Shown here: piece by piece, positions 24,885 through 36,600 of the stretch | Layout of the letters: each line of letters begins with the position of its first letter | Position numbering within the stretch: the first letter of the stretch is position 1 | Source: Klebsormidium nitens | Taxonomy: Eukaryota > Plantae > Klebsormidiophyceae | DNA: 64,000 nucleotides | Direction: 5' to 3' | Assembly: GCA_000708835.1 (NCBI GenBank) | Contig: DF236993.1 | Location: 230,307 to 294,306, forward strand | Position numbers and translations under genes: made by a program | The notes under the pieces: generated by a model | Database searches by the model: none | What the model was told of the DNA's origin: nothing | What the model saw: only the letters and a program-made list of their open reading frames with translations

Positions 24885-25706
24885 TTAGTGAACGAGTTGG
24901 TAACAAACACAGCCAGATGAGGTCCTCACCACACGCTTTGTCAGCGGCTTCTTTTTGCCCCCTTCCACTTCCCAAGGTGCTCGCTTGAGCGCATTTTTGG
25001 CACACTCCGTTCTTGCCTCCGTGTTGAAGGCGGTAATCTCTTCCATCAATTGTTCAGCCACCTTCATCATCTTCTTAGCATTCTTGGTCGGCTGCTCATC
25101 AACGCTCGTGTAGCACAGATTGCAAATCTGCTGGTTGTGCCGAGCCAGATGCCCAAGAAGGTGCACAGTCCTATCACGCAGAGACACATTCGCTGGGAAT
25201 GCCCAGTCCGTTGAGCGGACCATCTGGTTCCGCTCAATCTCCGCCAGTACGGAAGGCCACAGCTCCTCATGAGAGTCCCTGGCGATGTGCATAGCGGTGT
25301 CCTTTCCTGCAAAGAGAGGCGCCAGAAAGCAGGCGATGCGCGCGCTCTTCTCCTTCCATGCCTCGTCAAAACTGCTCAGCAACGCCTGGAGCTCCTTCGC
25401 AAAGGCCTTTGGGAACCAGTCCCCGTACTCCTGCCAGCACTCCAGCAGCCGCGCTGCATGCAGCTTTAGCTCAACGTCCCGCTCAATCCTGACGCTGCTT
25501 GGGGTGTTGACGTGAAATACTACCTTGGAATCCGCGACTTCCTGCAAAACCCAGGGAATCACTACAGAGGGAGCAGCGGTCTGACCTTGACCCTGTTCTG
25601 ACTGCTCATCTAGAACCACGGACTTTTGCGATGGGGAAACACCCCCAATTGCAACCTTGTCTCCTTTTCGAGCCCCTCCAAGGCTCCGCTTGATGGACGA
25701 CAACAT
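24885..25706 (-). CDS. Hypothetical protein, paralogue A of a tandem orphan pair (3' end may be spliced)
   Basis: Long ORF with ATG at 25706 (MLSSIKRSLGG). Colinear similarity to 27113-28000, including HAARLLxCWxEYG, ACFL, ELW, DW and CxLC. Confidence 0.75.
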   Translation of the reverse strand: MLSSIKRSLGGARKGDKVAIGGVSPSQKSVVLDEQSEQGQGQTAAPSVVIPWVLQEVADSKVVFHVNTPSSVRIERDVELKLHAARLLECWQEYGDWFPKAFAKELQALLSSFDEAWKEKSARIACFLAPLFAGKDTAMHIARDSHEELWPSVLAEIERNQMVRSTDWAFPANVSLRDRTVHLLGHLARHNQQICNLCYTSVDEQPTKNAKKMMKVAEQLMEEITAFNTEARTECAKNALKRAPWEVEGGKKKPLTKRVVRTSSGCVCYQLVH

Positions 25707-27112
25707 GGTTCCTGGCGGAAAGCGCCTGTACTTAGTCTTTGATGCCCTTTGCACTTCTCTCAACTTTGAGATGAAAACGCTAGCGTCTCATGGATCATCG
25801 ACGGCTATCTGACGCGGCCGCCGACCGAGGCGGCTCAGGGTTTTGAGGTTCTCCCGCGAAGTGTGCGCGACCGCCCCGCGCGTGCGCGCGACTGATCAGC
25901 GCGCCTTGGCGCGCCTTGCAACGAGTCAGCCCCAGAATGATCGCCCAGAACTCTGGGCTAGATTCGACATCAGAGTCGTTCACAATGGTGACTTTTCGTC
26001 ATCTTGGCAGGAAATTTTAACTTCGTTGACCGAGGGTACGCGCTAGCTTGTAGGGCTTTTGAGGGCCGGGCTCATCCACTCTCTCTCAGCGTACTACCGC
26101 GTTCGGGGAAAAATCATCTCTTGGGAATATCAATGAACCAGATTGGAATGATGATGAGCAGAGAACTGATGATCACTCGTGGATCGTACTAAGAGTTGAA
26201 GAAGTGTAAAGCGCTGCCTGTCATTTGAACTTTCAGAAAAAGCCGAATAGTATTCCTCGCTTACAGCGAAGGTGCTTGCAGGTTGCCTTAAAGTATAAGA
26301 AGATGATTGCAGATGATTATGCAGTCCGGCTGCCTTGATACTCAACGCCCAGGATATACAAAAGCTTTGTGTTTCTGAGTAGTGTTAAACGGTCGGTCCG
26401 TTTCTATATATAACTGACTGGGTCTACACAAAAAGACGGATCCGGATCTTCTGAAAAAAATTGGCATTCTATGATTGAGCGCCGCTTCATGATTGCGTCA
26501 AAGCCACCATGTCATCTTTTTTGTTATATTTCGTAGACACTGACGGTCATATTGGACACGCAGCGACGAAGTTTCTGCATGGCAACTGAATCCGACGCAC
26601 TCAGCGTGTCGCTTCCAGGTGCGTTATCGGCTCTTGGCCGAATGTTGCTTGTGGGTAGACTCTACTAAACCTTCCAATTCATGCCCTGCAAATCTTACAG
26701 ATCTAATTTGTGCGTACGTACCATTTCAATGACTAAGCTGCAGCTATACGTTCAATCCCACTCGAGGCTTGGGCACTTCCCAGACAGAAGTCTCGAAAGC
26801 GACTCAAGACTTCGATTTAACGTTCTGCGGACGTCAATCCATTAAGGACAGCATACCGCGCGGCCTTTCTACGATCCAATGCTTTCAGGCAATATTCATT
26901 CTTGCTTTGCAAATGGCGTGCGATCATCCATGCTCGCCCCTTTAATAGAGGGAGCAATAAAGCAGATAATTATGCTGCCGAGAAGAAGGAGAAGAAGGAG
27001 GGTTTGTAATCTGGCTCAGAGAGAGATAAGAAGCAGATCATGATTTTCAATGATTCGCACAATTTTTAGCATGAGTTTTCTGCCAAGCAACATGCCACGA
27101 ATACGGCAATCA

Positions 27113-28000
27113 TCATAATCTGATGTTAAGAATATTTTCGCACAAATCTGATGGGAAAAGAAACGGACAAACATGAAGCCACGCTACGTGACGAAGGAAG
27201 CACGCGTCAATCTTACCGCAGAATTTGTAGGCCACAGGATATCTTCCACCTTCGAAACTTTGTTTACTCGACACTACTCGACAAGAAAAGCGAAAGAACA
27301 GGGAAGCTGCTGCTGATGATCTCAAGTTTCGGTTCTTCTCAAAGCTCTCTTCTTTCCCCAGAACGGTCCTCGACAGACTCTTCATCTCGATTTTCATGTC
27401 GCTCTGTTTGTTCACAATGTCGCCGCACAGACTGCACATCCGCCCCTTGCTTGCATGAGCAACCATTTTGTTTAGCAGATCTGCAGTCTCCTCTCTCGCG
27501 TGTGATGCTGCCTCCGACGACCAGTCCTTCTCACGAGTCAGCTGAAGCTGGCCAAGCTCTTCCAGGACAGGACGCCAAAGCTCTTGCGAACCGTTCTTGA
27601 TGTGAAAGGGACTGCCATTCTCTCCGTCAAGAAGATTCACCAAGAAGCAGGCCAAGCGCTGTCCTTTCTCCGAGCGCATGCCTTCCGTTCCCAAATCCTG
27701 CACAGCCTGGACCAGACGCTGTGCAAAGGATATCGCAAAGTGAGCTCCGTATTCACGCCAGCAGCCAAGCAGGCGTGCTGCGTGCACCTTCATCTGGACG
27801 TTGCGGTCGAACCTGTCGCTCAAATCGCACTCAGACACCTCTTTCAGGACCCATGAGACGACCACAGAAGGAGGCGGAGCACTTTTCTCATCTCGCAGCT
27901 TCTCCAGAATTGGCGCCATGTCTTTTTGGAGCTGCTCGGAGGTGCTGGTCTCCTTGGCCGGTCTGCTCAGGCTCCGTTTAAGTGCACCAAAGGCGCCCAT
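27113..28000 (-). CDS. Hypothetical protein, paralogue B of a tandem orphan pair (3' end may be spliced)
   Basis: 295-codon ORF with good start context (gcagccATGG, MGAFGALKRSL). Conserved blocks shared with paralogue A. Confidence 0.75.
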   Translation of the reverse strand: MGAFGALKRSLSRPAKETSTSEQLQKDMAPILEKLRDEKSAPPPSVVVSWVLKEVSECDLSDRFDRNVQMKVHAARLLGCWREYGAHFAISFAQRLVQAVQDLGTEGMRSEKGQRLACFLVNLLDGENGSPFHIKNGSQELWRPVLEELGQLQLTREKDWSSEAASHAREETADLLNKMVAHASKGRMCSLCGDIVNKQSDMKIEMKSLSRTVLGKEESFEKNRNLRSSAAASLFFRFSCRVVSSKQSFEGGRYPVAYKFCGKIDACFLRHVAWLHVCPFLFPSDLCENILNIRL

Positions 28001-30171
28001 GGCTGCGGCGGGAGAGTCTCCTGCGACGACGTGCGTTTGTTGTTGAGAGGCTTCAATATGAAGAAGCGCTCCTGCTCTTCTATTTTGTACTTCTTTGAAG
28101 GGAGGAATGCTCCAAGTTTGTTCAACCGGCGTTCAAGGTCAAGGCTATTCAGAATACTATAAAGGCTGCAACTTCATTCGGTTCTTTGGCCCAGCGCAGC
28201 CATGCCCGTTTGCGTGGAACCCGAAATTTTTGTAAAGCTTCTTAGAAGAGAGACCGTACACTTTGTTGAGTAGTATTTTAAGAGCCTGGTCAAGGATGGC
28301 TAAACCTTCGTAAATTTGGATCTCATATCCATCCCCAGAGCGCCCGGGGAAAACTGAGAATGCCGGAGCCGTTCGATCAAGTGGAAACGCTATCGGATGG
28401 TGCTGGATCATGGTGCGAGAAAGGTCACGTGGTTCGTGCATCTGCCGTGTTTGCGACCTTGGGCTTATTTCGTGCCCGCCACGGCTTGAGCACGGGTTCC
28501 AAGTCCGGTCACTTGGGGCCAGGTTTCCAAGGAGCTTCCAAGCCCTGATGTTCCTGCACCAAGGACGCGCGGCGTGGGTGATCTTCGTCACGGTCGGCCT
28601 CATTTTCGAAGTCGATTAGCTCTAGTGTCAAAGTGCAGGCTTCAAAGTCATGAAAAGCTGGGGCTCTGCGTTCCCCCAAGATGAACAAATCATTGGATGC
28701 CACGACGAGTTGCAATAAGAGGGTCCGGGCCGGCGACAAGTAGAGGGTCGCTGGCCGGTCAATACTTCCTTTCACATCAGATTGATCAAGCGGGTCAAGA
28801 AGAGTCCGACACCTGCATCGAATGAAGGCGAGCCGGCGGCTACTAGTTTTGGTGCTACGGTACGGTGTGGAACAAAGAATATATACGAATCAGTTCGTCA
28901 TAATGCCGCCATGACACGTCCTTCAGTTTCCCAAATTAAGTGCGCATGACGACCTGACATACAGCTACCTCTTCATGATCATGTACATACAGGGTGCATG
29001 ATGCAATCGTCCTCAAGCGGTATATACGGTGCTATAGGGTTTCAATGTGACGCAATTGCAATATTCCAACTATAATTAATCTGGTTCTGGACTCACAAAT
29101 GAAATCTAAAAACATGTTAAAGCCGAATATACCATCGGACATGTTTGCATAACATGATAGAAGCATTGAGGCCGAAGAATCTGCTTCGTCCATGAGCTTA
29201 CAGCAACCTCTTCATGTCTCAGTCAGATCGTTTCAATAAAGTAGCTATGCAGCTTGCGCGCGCAAAACGAATTATGCATACCTGGAATTGATATATCAAA
29301 CAGAAGCGAAGCTTGCCGGCTATATGAACGCTTGACGACTTCCTCGAAGAGAGGTATCTTATCAAAGGTAACCGAGGTAGCCCTTGATTTGAAATCATCA
29401 GACTAGACGGCCTTTAACCAATGGTACCCGGCTGTCAAACTATGGAAGTATCCTGTGATCTCGCGAATACGGCAATCAAAGCCAGCGATCAGAATGCAGA
29501 AGCAGTGGGAGCTACGATGTCACGGAAGGTGCCATGAAGCCTGGTCAATATGCTATGGTCTACGACGGCCGTTCAGATGTAACAATTTCGAATGTGGGTC
29601 AGGTCACCTGCCCAAGTGGGCACACTGCTTCCTATGAATAGGAGATGCGCATTGCGGGTCTCTAAGCAATAGCAAAGTCAAGGCCAAATGTCGACGGTCT
29701 GTCCCCAACTGGGTTGATGTCGAGAAGCACTCAGTCGAGACGCCGAAATAGGCCCGTAAAGAACACAACCCATTGCAGATCTGCCTTCTCGGACTTCGCT
29801 TGAACTCTTCTTGGAAGCGGCGGTTAAGATAGCACTGCAAGTCGATACGAGAAGTGATGTCAGAGTCATCGCCTTTAAAACATTCGGCCCCTTATATTTT
29901 CAAAGTCCGAATCGAAGACACTCGACGACAAGACGACTCAAATCTGACGATACTTGCTCTGAAGATTGCCTGGTTAGGCACTGCAAGGTCGTCAGATGAG
30001 CGGCACCAGAGCCAATGGGATAATGATGGAAGCAGGAAAGCACCTAACGATGAGAGAAGAGGTTCGCAAACCCAGAAGTACATTACGACTGGATGCAACC
30101 AGGATTAAGCGATCGATTCCAGAGGCTTTGCTGAAGAAGCAGCAGCAAGCTCAGCGCACACCGCAACATCG

Positions 30172-32401
30172 TCATTCAGTTGCAAGTCCCTCATAACGTC
30201 CTCTTTTCACATGGGGATTTATAGGGGGTAGCACTGATAACTTACTTCGCCTCTCGGCCAGGATCGCGTCCCTCTGGCCCGCGCCCTTCTTCGCTGCCGC
30301 CAGCACCCGTTTCTCCACCCCGGGCACAGAGAACGGCCTGCTCTTGTAGCACCGCTTGTGAGCCGGCTGCCCTCCGCACGTTGAATCCTCTTCGGCAAGC
30401 AGGCTCCCTTCCAACGTCACACTCAAGGGCATAAGCGATCCGTCCGCGACTCCGTTCTCCGGCTGTTTCTTGAGGTCTTCCTTCTCAGGGCAGGGCTTGA
30501 CTGGTTTCTCCGGTCTACTTTCCGGGGTCTCGTTTACTCTAGCTGGGGCTTCGTTCTCTTTCTCGGCTTCCAATTCGTCATGTGCCACCAACTCGCTTCC
30601 AGCCCCCGCCCTCGGCGCCTCCTCCCCGATCCCTACTTTCTCACCACTCTCTTCGAGCCCCTCCTCTTGCACAGACTCTTCTCCTTCCACCACCTTCGCA
30701 GCCGGCAACCTTTCAGGAACCATCGTCTCCCCAATCTGCTCCGCATTCTCCTCCAGAGTAATCGCAACGTCACCTTGGGCCAATTGCTTGTCTAGATGTG
30801 CGCCAGCATGTGACTCGGCCAACTCCGCTGGGGCTTCTGACGTTGCTCCAGCACTTGTTGGCTGAGGCAGACTCTGCACCCAAGAGCAGGAGAACCATTG
30901 GTCAAGAAGTCTGCTTTAACCAGCGATTCTTGTGCTTCAGAAGTAGTGCAAGAGGCTGGATGGTCATCAGCTCTGCCGGCATGGAGCAGTGGGGCTCAGA
31001 AAGGAAGGGCAAGAAGCAGACGGATAATTGCGGTTGATGGAGATTCTTCGAACTGGTTTGAAATTGAGCGACAGAGAGTCACAGGGCATATACTTAAATT
31101 GATGCTGCTTCGTCCACCTGCTCTGATTGTGTTCAATCTGCGGAGTGCAATCTGCCTCTGAGAGCTAGAACAAGTAGCCAGACTGGGCACCTTTCAAGAC
31201 ACCTCATCTGCGACCACCTTATTAATAATCAATCTGCTTGGATCATTAAGCCTTGGCGCACCTGAATGAAGCCACCACCTCGTCTCTCCGCAAGCAACAT
31301 GCTGCGCTCCACCGTCCCTTTATCCGCTGCCCGCTTCAAACGCTCTTCTCTGCCCTTCTGCCCAATGTGCATCTTCTTGACGAGCCCCCGGTGAGACCCC
31401 ACGGCAGCCATAGCTCCGTTCCCTTCAGCCAGAAGAAGCTCCTGGGCTAGCCCCCCCAGACTGTCCTTCCCAGCAGCTCCAGAGGAGTCTTCAGCTGGAG
31501 CAAGCTCTTCGGCCGTTTCACTATCCTCTGACGCTGTTGGATCCACAGCGAGCATCGAGTCCTTCCCATCCTCGCCCTGAAGACCCTCGCCTACATCACT
31601 GCAGCTGACTTGCTCAGCCTCCGGTCTGACTTCTGCCAGAAATGGCTCTAGAGTATTACGCTGAACGGACCCAGGCTTTGGTTCCATTTCCTGGCTGCTA
31701 TCTACCGACTTGGTTATCACCTCATGCCCCTTCTGCACCAAGTCTCCATCTGCTACAGCATCCTTCCTGCCAATTGCAACCTCTGACTCTGAGCTGTTTG
31801 CAGTGTTTCCCTCCAGCCTGATGTCCGTGCGGGGTTTGGTTTCAGCAGGTGTCAAATTGCTTGGCCCATCTTTTTCAGCCACTGACTTTGCCTGCAATCG
31901 ATACGCAAAAAGTTCAAGCACCAAAGCGGTTTGAACATCATCAGAATGGATCCTTGAAATGCAGACGGCATGAGCTATCCAGCTCTTTCAAAACAACCAG
32001 GGGCGCTTGGAAAGATGGAACCAGAGCATTCAAAGTAAAGTGCTTTGATGCGGTTCAGCACCCAAAACCACTTACAGCCACAAGTAGGCCAGGATTTTTG
32101 CGCAGGTGAGATGAGGATTTCAGAGGTCTGTGATCATCTGCTGGGCCTGCGTTATTTTGCATATTCAATATTGCAACAGAAGCAGCGGAAAGGTTACGTC
32201 TGCCGGGCTCGTCCTTATCTCAACGGAATTTGCAGCTCAAGCTTCAGAAAGCCAGGTAGTCCCTCATCATTCATACCTTTGCAAGTTTGCTAAGGGCCTC
32301 TGCCATCTCCTTGTTGGTTGCATTTGCTCGTAGGCCAGCCTGCTTGCACAACAGCTGCAGCTTCCGTCGGGAAGGTCAGAGTACATCTGCTCGGAGTCCA
32401 T
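30172..32401 (-). CDS. Protein with SAP/HeH-like N-terminal motif, acidic linkers and two copies of a basic helical motif; apparent 1-nt frameshift in exon 1
   Basis: Exon 1 about 32401-32277 (MDSEQMYSDL / RRKLQLLCKQAGLRANATNKEMAEALSKLAK, donor AAG|GTATGA), exon 2 31891-31262 and exon 3 30873-30172 all join in phase 0. Confidence 0.6.
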
Positions 32402-33693
32402 GCTGGCACAGTCCTAAGGCTTGGCCGCAAGAAAGCCGCTGCTTGATTCGCTTCTAAGTGGGTCTGTGGGCCACCGGTGGCTATCAGGGTTTGAGATCTA
32501 CCTGCAACGCGGAAAGTTTTAGGCGCCTCCAGACAATCACCTTCCTTCAATTGGTACTGTCCAAAAAGATGATCTCATTCTATCTTTAACTGGCATCTAG
32601 CGAAATAGGTAAAAGAATGGAAAGAATCCAAAAGAGTTGTTTGACGTCAAGGATTGTATGGCAAGCGCCCTCAACCTTGACGAAGCTTGAGTCCACAACG
32701 CGAGCTGGCCACAACGAAAGCAAGAAGCTGTACCTACTACCGAGGTATGGAAATTTTAAATTTCCCGGAGTTTGAATAGACTCGCAATCGGACGGTTTCA
32801 AAGCCAGACAATCCCAAGATCGACGGCTGTCAATAGCCCTTGGCCAGAGGCCCTGTTTCTGCAGGGTTTCGCGAGCCCCACACCTAGACCTGACTCCGAG
32901 TCCTAGCACGCGGTCATCGTTGCACTGGTACGGATATGAATTTTCATGCCATATGCATGGATGCATTCGAGTTTGACCATACGGTACCTATATGTTAACG
33001 GCCGGCTGCATGCTGGCTATATCTCAGCATGTCTATTGTGTCGGCATAGCATACGCCTTTTATTCACCAGCACCTAGCTAGTTGTAGGTGCCGACCGTAG
33101 ATACAGACGATACCCTTCACATGTCAAGCATGCACCGTTCATTGAAAACGTGAACGTCACTCACATGGCCGCCATGCTCAGCTAGCATGATTCAGACATT
33201 GCATTCGGTCGATCTCGTATTCCAGGTTCCTTCATGTGAGATTTGGTGCTGATCCATCTCTGACGATAATTTTGCTTCAAGTTGTTTGCAATCTGATTTT
33301 GTATGCACGCAAAATACGGCTCTCAAGAATTCACATTGGGGGCGATGCGCACACAAAAATGACGCCAACCCTGATCTCAAAGTAGTAATGCATTGCAAAG
33401 TAAGACCCGGACGTCTAAAAGGTGCATGCGGCAAGCTAAACGGATTGAAAGACACTAAACGTAATACCTTAGCTCTAAAGGAAGCGGGCACTAAAACTGG
33501 GCATGCGGAACAACATCAAGAAGACTTTCGTCATGTCAGTATCCGGTTCAACCGTTGACCGTCCCTGACCAACACAATCTGTCTCGTTTTCAATGCGCAA
33601 GGAGCTTGTCATTGACGCGCAACAGCTCTTTACAAGCTCCGGGACCACCGTTCTCAACGGAGGGTGTAGGCAACAGTCGTCGAAGAGAACGTC

Positions 33694-36600
33694 TCATCTC
33701 AGGCGCCTATAGTGCGGTTTGTACATGATCTCGTGTGCGAAAGCCATCAGGTCGTCGGGCTTTGGTAGTCGGGTTCCAAACCCTGCAGCAATTGGCAGCT
33801 GTAAGCACGTGGTTTCTTAGAAGCGTCCATCCGTCTTGCAAATCCGTATTGCAAGCAAAAGGAGCTCTGGGAGCACATCCATTGTGACTGCTTCTCTTGA
33901 CACTCTCGGTACATTGCTGCGCTCAGCAGTCAGGTTAACGATGTAATGAGAACCAATCCAAAAGAGGCCTCCAGAGCAAAATCTTTATATGAGCGTCTGC
34001 CGCCAGGCAAATTGAATCAAAATGGAGCGGTCTTTGTCATCCAGGCACTTCCTCAACGCAGCCACTCCAACTTCAAACCTTTCAGAAGAACCAGGGCATA
34101 CATGCAGAAAGGTTTACCTGCTTCGTACGACTTTTGAGCGACCGCCCTGGCGATGTGCGCCGAGATTGTCCGGATCTTCCAGAAGGGGGGGTAGATCTGG
34201 CCGCGCGCTCGGTCCTCGTCTTCCACCAGGCTCGCCAACGTGTCGGCTGCACATCATGACGTCAGCTAAAACACAGGCCTTTTTCACATCTTCCCCCAAA
34301 GGGAAACAGGAAAGACGTATGCAGAGGAGAGAAGTCCGGCAATGGAGGAACGTCAAAGACGAGCACTCAAAGACACAATAGGCATCGAGATCAGGAGAAC
34401 AAGTGAGAGCAGACAAGACCGTGTTGCCCAAGAATGCGAAAAGAGAAGGTTGACCCAAAATTGCAAACGAAGCGTCAGTGACGTCACCTGCTGCGAGAAA
34501 CATTTCGTCTCGTATCCGCGTTGTACCCGCGACCAACAACCCGAGGCCAATACCGGGGAATATGTACGCGTTGTTTGCCTGGAAGGAAAGAGAAAATGAG
34601 CTTGAGAAGATACGTCGCGAGAAATGACCCGACGGGAACATTGCTTGCGTCTTTTTCGTTCGCAGGTTAAGCAGAGTGCGAAAGGCACCAAGGAATTGTC
34701 AATGATAAGCAGGTTATTAGGGTCCGACCCCAAGAACGATCGCAAACAGCAACTCGCAACGGAACGCTCTGCGGAACAGATTGGCGGAGCGACGGAAAGG
34801 CTGAGGAGTACCTGGCTCGGCTGGAAGGTCTGCCCGAAGATCTCGACGGGCTTTGACGGGCTCGCGCTTGCAAAAATGCCGCGACCCTATAACGCAAAAC
34901 CCAGGTTGAGTCAGCCTAGACATACGCAGGTGAGCTGCGGCGATCGTGCATGCTGAAGGCCGAAACGGACTTGTAAGGCGGTGTGAGAAAGTACAGATAT
35001 TGAGTGCGCTATGCATCTGCGTCCTTTCGGCAATTAATTGGAACAACGGCCAGCTCCCTTCAATTAATTGGAACAACGGCCAGCTCCCTTCGACCTGGAT
35101 GCTGTACGTCGGCACTTCAACCAATCGAACCTTTGTCAACCCGAGAATGATACGAAGTGGATTGATTGGAAACTTCAGAAAACTTCGTCCGTTACTTCAA
35201 GTTGGTGACCTAATGCAGCGCATGTTCCCGCAGAACGACACGACCTTCAGAAGAGTATTACTGTGATGACGACCGCACTTTTCTGGATCACTGCGGCCGT
35301 TGAAAGCGGCCATAGCACTCCCTCCTTTGCTTTAATAGCTTCGCAATGCCAAAATAAGAATCTTCCAGAGCAAAACGAATCGCCCCGTCGTGAAACTCCT
35401 CGAAGCGTTCGTCTTTACCTGCGTGTGCTGGTACGCGTCCTCCGCAGAGCACTCGCCTTCTTCCGAAGACGCCGGGTTGGAGAGGGGGAAGAGTAGCGGC
35501 CGCTGGAAGAATGGCCGCTTATCTCTCATATCTCAAGATGAAAAAACGCCAGATATATCTGCTTGCTTACTTGTGTCTGTTCGCAATGTAAACAGGAAGG
35601 TTCGAGAACTCAGTAAAAGTGTTCGAGTCAACCTACAGACGCGCACCAAAAGAACGAGTTGCCACGTCGATGCTTACGAGAAGAGTGAATTTAGCGGCCC
35701 AGACTCGCGAATCCTTCCGTCACCACTTGACGTGAAAATAGCCCACCGACTGCAACCTTCCAAGTTACTCACTACGGAGAGGCGATTCGGAGGTTGCCCA
35801 TTTTCTAATAGGTTCAGGGCGGCCGTCATCACGAACTTTTCTAAATATCAATCTTAGATCCGACTATTGCGTATGAAAAGAGGACCTCAAAACCACAACC
35901 TGCCCAATTGCGACCTGGCAAAAAGGAGAGAAGGTCGAAGGAAAGGGTGGAATGACGTCCAGAAAAAAGTGCAGAGTTTCAGGTACATCCTTCCCATCGC
36001 TCTTCCCGCTCGTCTGGACGACAATATCGGCAGCCATACCGGCAAACCCTCGCCTCACGAATCCGGAGATCCAAGGACTTAAACGGTTGAACCCCGGGAT
36101 GCAAGCTACAGGAGCCTTGTTCCAGATCTCCAAGACTGATGGACCATGTGCAGATTTCCGTGCTTCTTTCTGTTGTCAATGTGCGTCGTTTTCTAAGTAC
36201 ACGTACCTTCACATTGAGCGCCATCTCCTCCAGGACTTGTTGTGTGAATGCGCCCCGGGGCGCAGACAGCCCGACCAATACGGTGGGCTTCACAACCTGG
36301 ATAAGCGAGTCGGGGAGCCTGCTGAGAGTTTTGCGGACCGTTTAGCATCCATTGAAGCGCCTCTTCAGAGAGATGTGCAGACTTCCTACTACTGATCAAG
36401 GGCCCTCGGATTGATCGTCTCGAGTCCGAGCGATGGAGATGCGAATGACTTTCTGGAAAAGATGTTACCCTGCAGCTGCTTCTCAGGAAGAAAAATCCCA
36501 AGGGCAAGCTCTGAGGGGCCGTCGGCGGGTGGGTCTCGTTTTAGACCGCAATTAATCTATCAAGAAACAGATTCTTTACATTCTGACTCACCAAGCTAGA

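Noticed and set aside
28157-28775. Two overlapping minus-strand ORFs upstream of paralogue B
   Set aside because: Different frames, no recognisable motif and no similarity to the paralogue pair. An unrecognised gene cannot be excluded.
30470-30865. Ser-rich plus-strand ORF (and similar short antisense ORFs across the window)
   Set aside because: Reverse complement of Glu-rich coding sequence.
32360-32380. Programmed ribosomal frameshift in the SAP-like gene
   Set aside because: No X XXY YYZ slippery heptamer or clear downstream structure; an indel is the simpler explanation.
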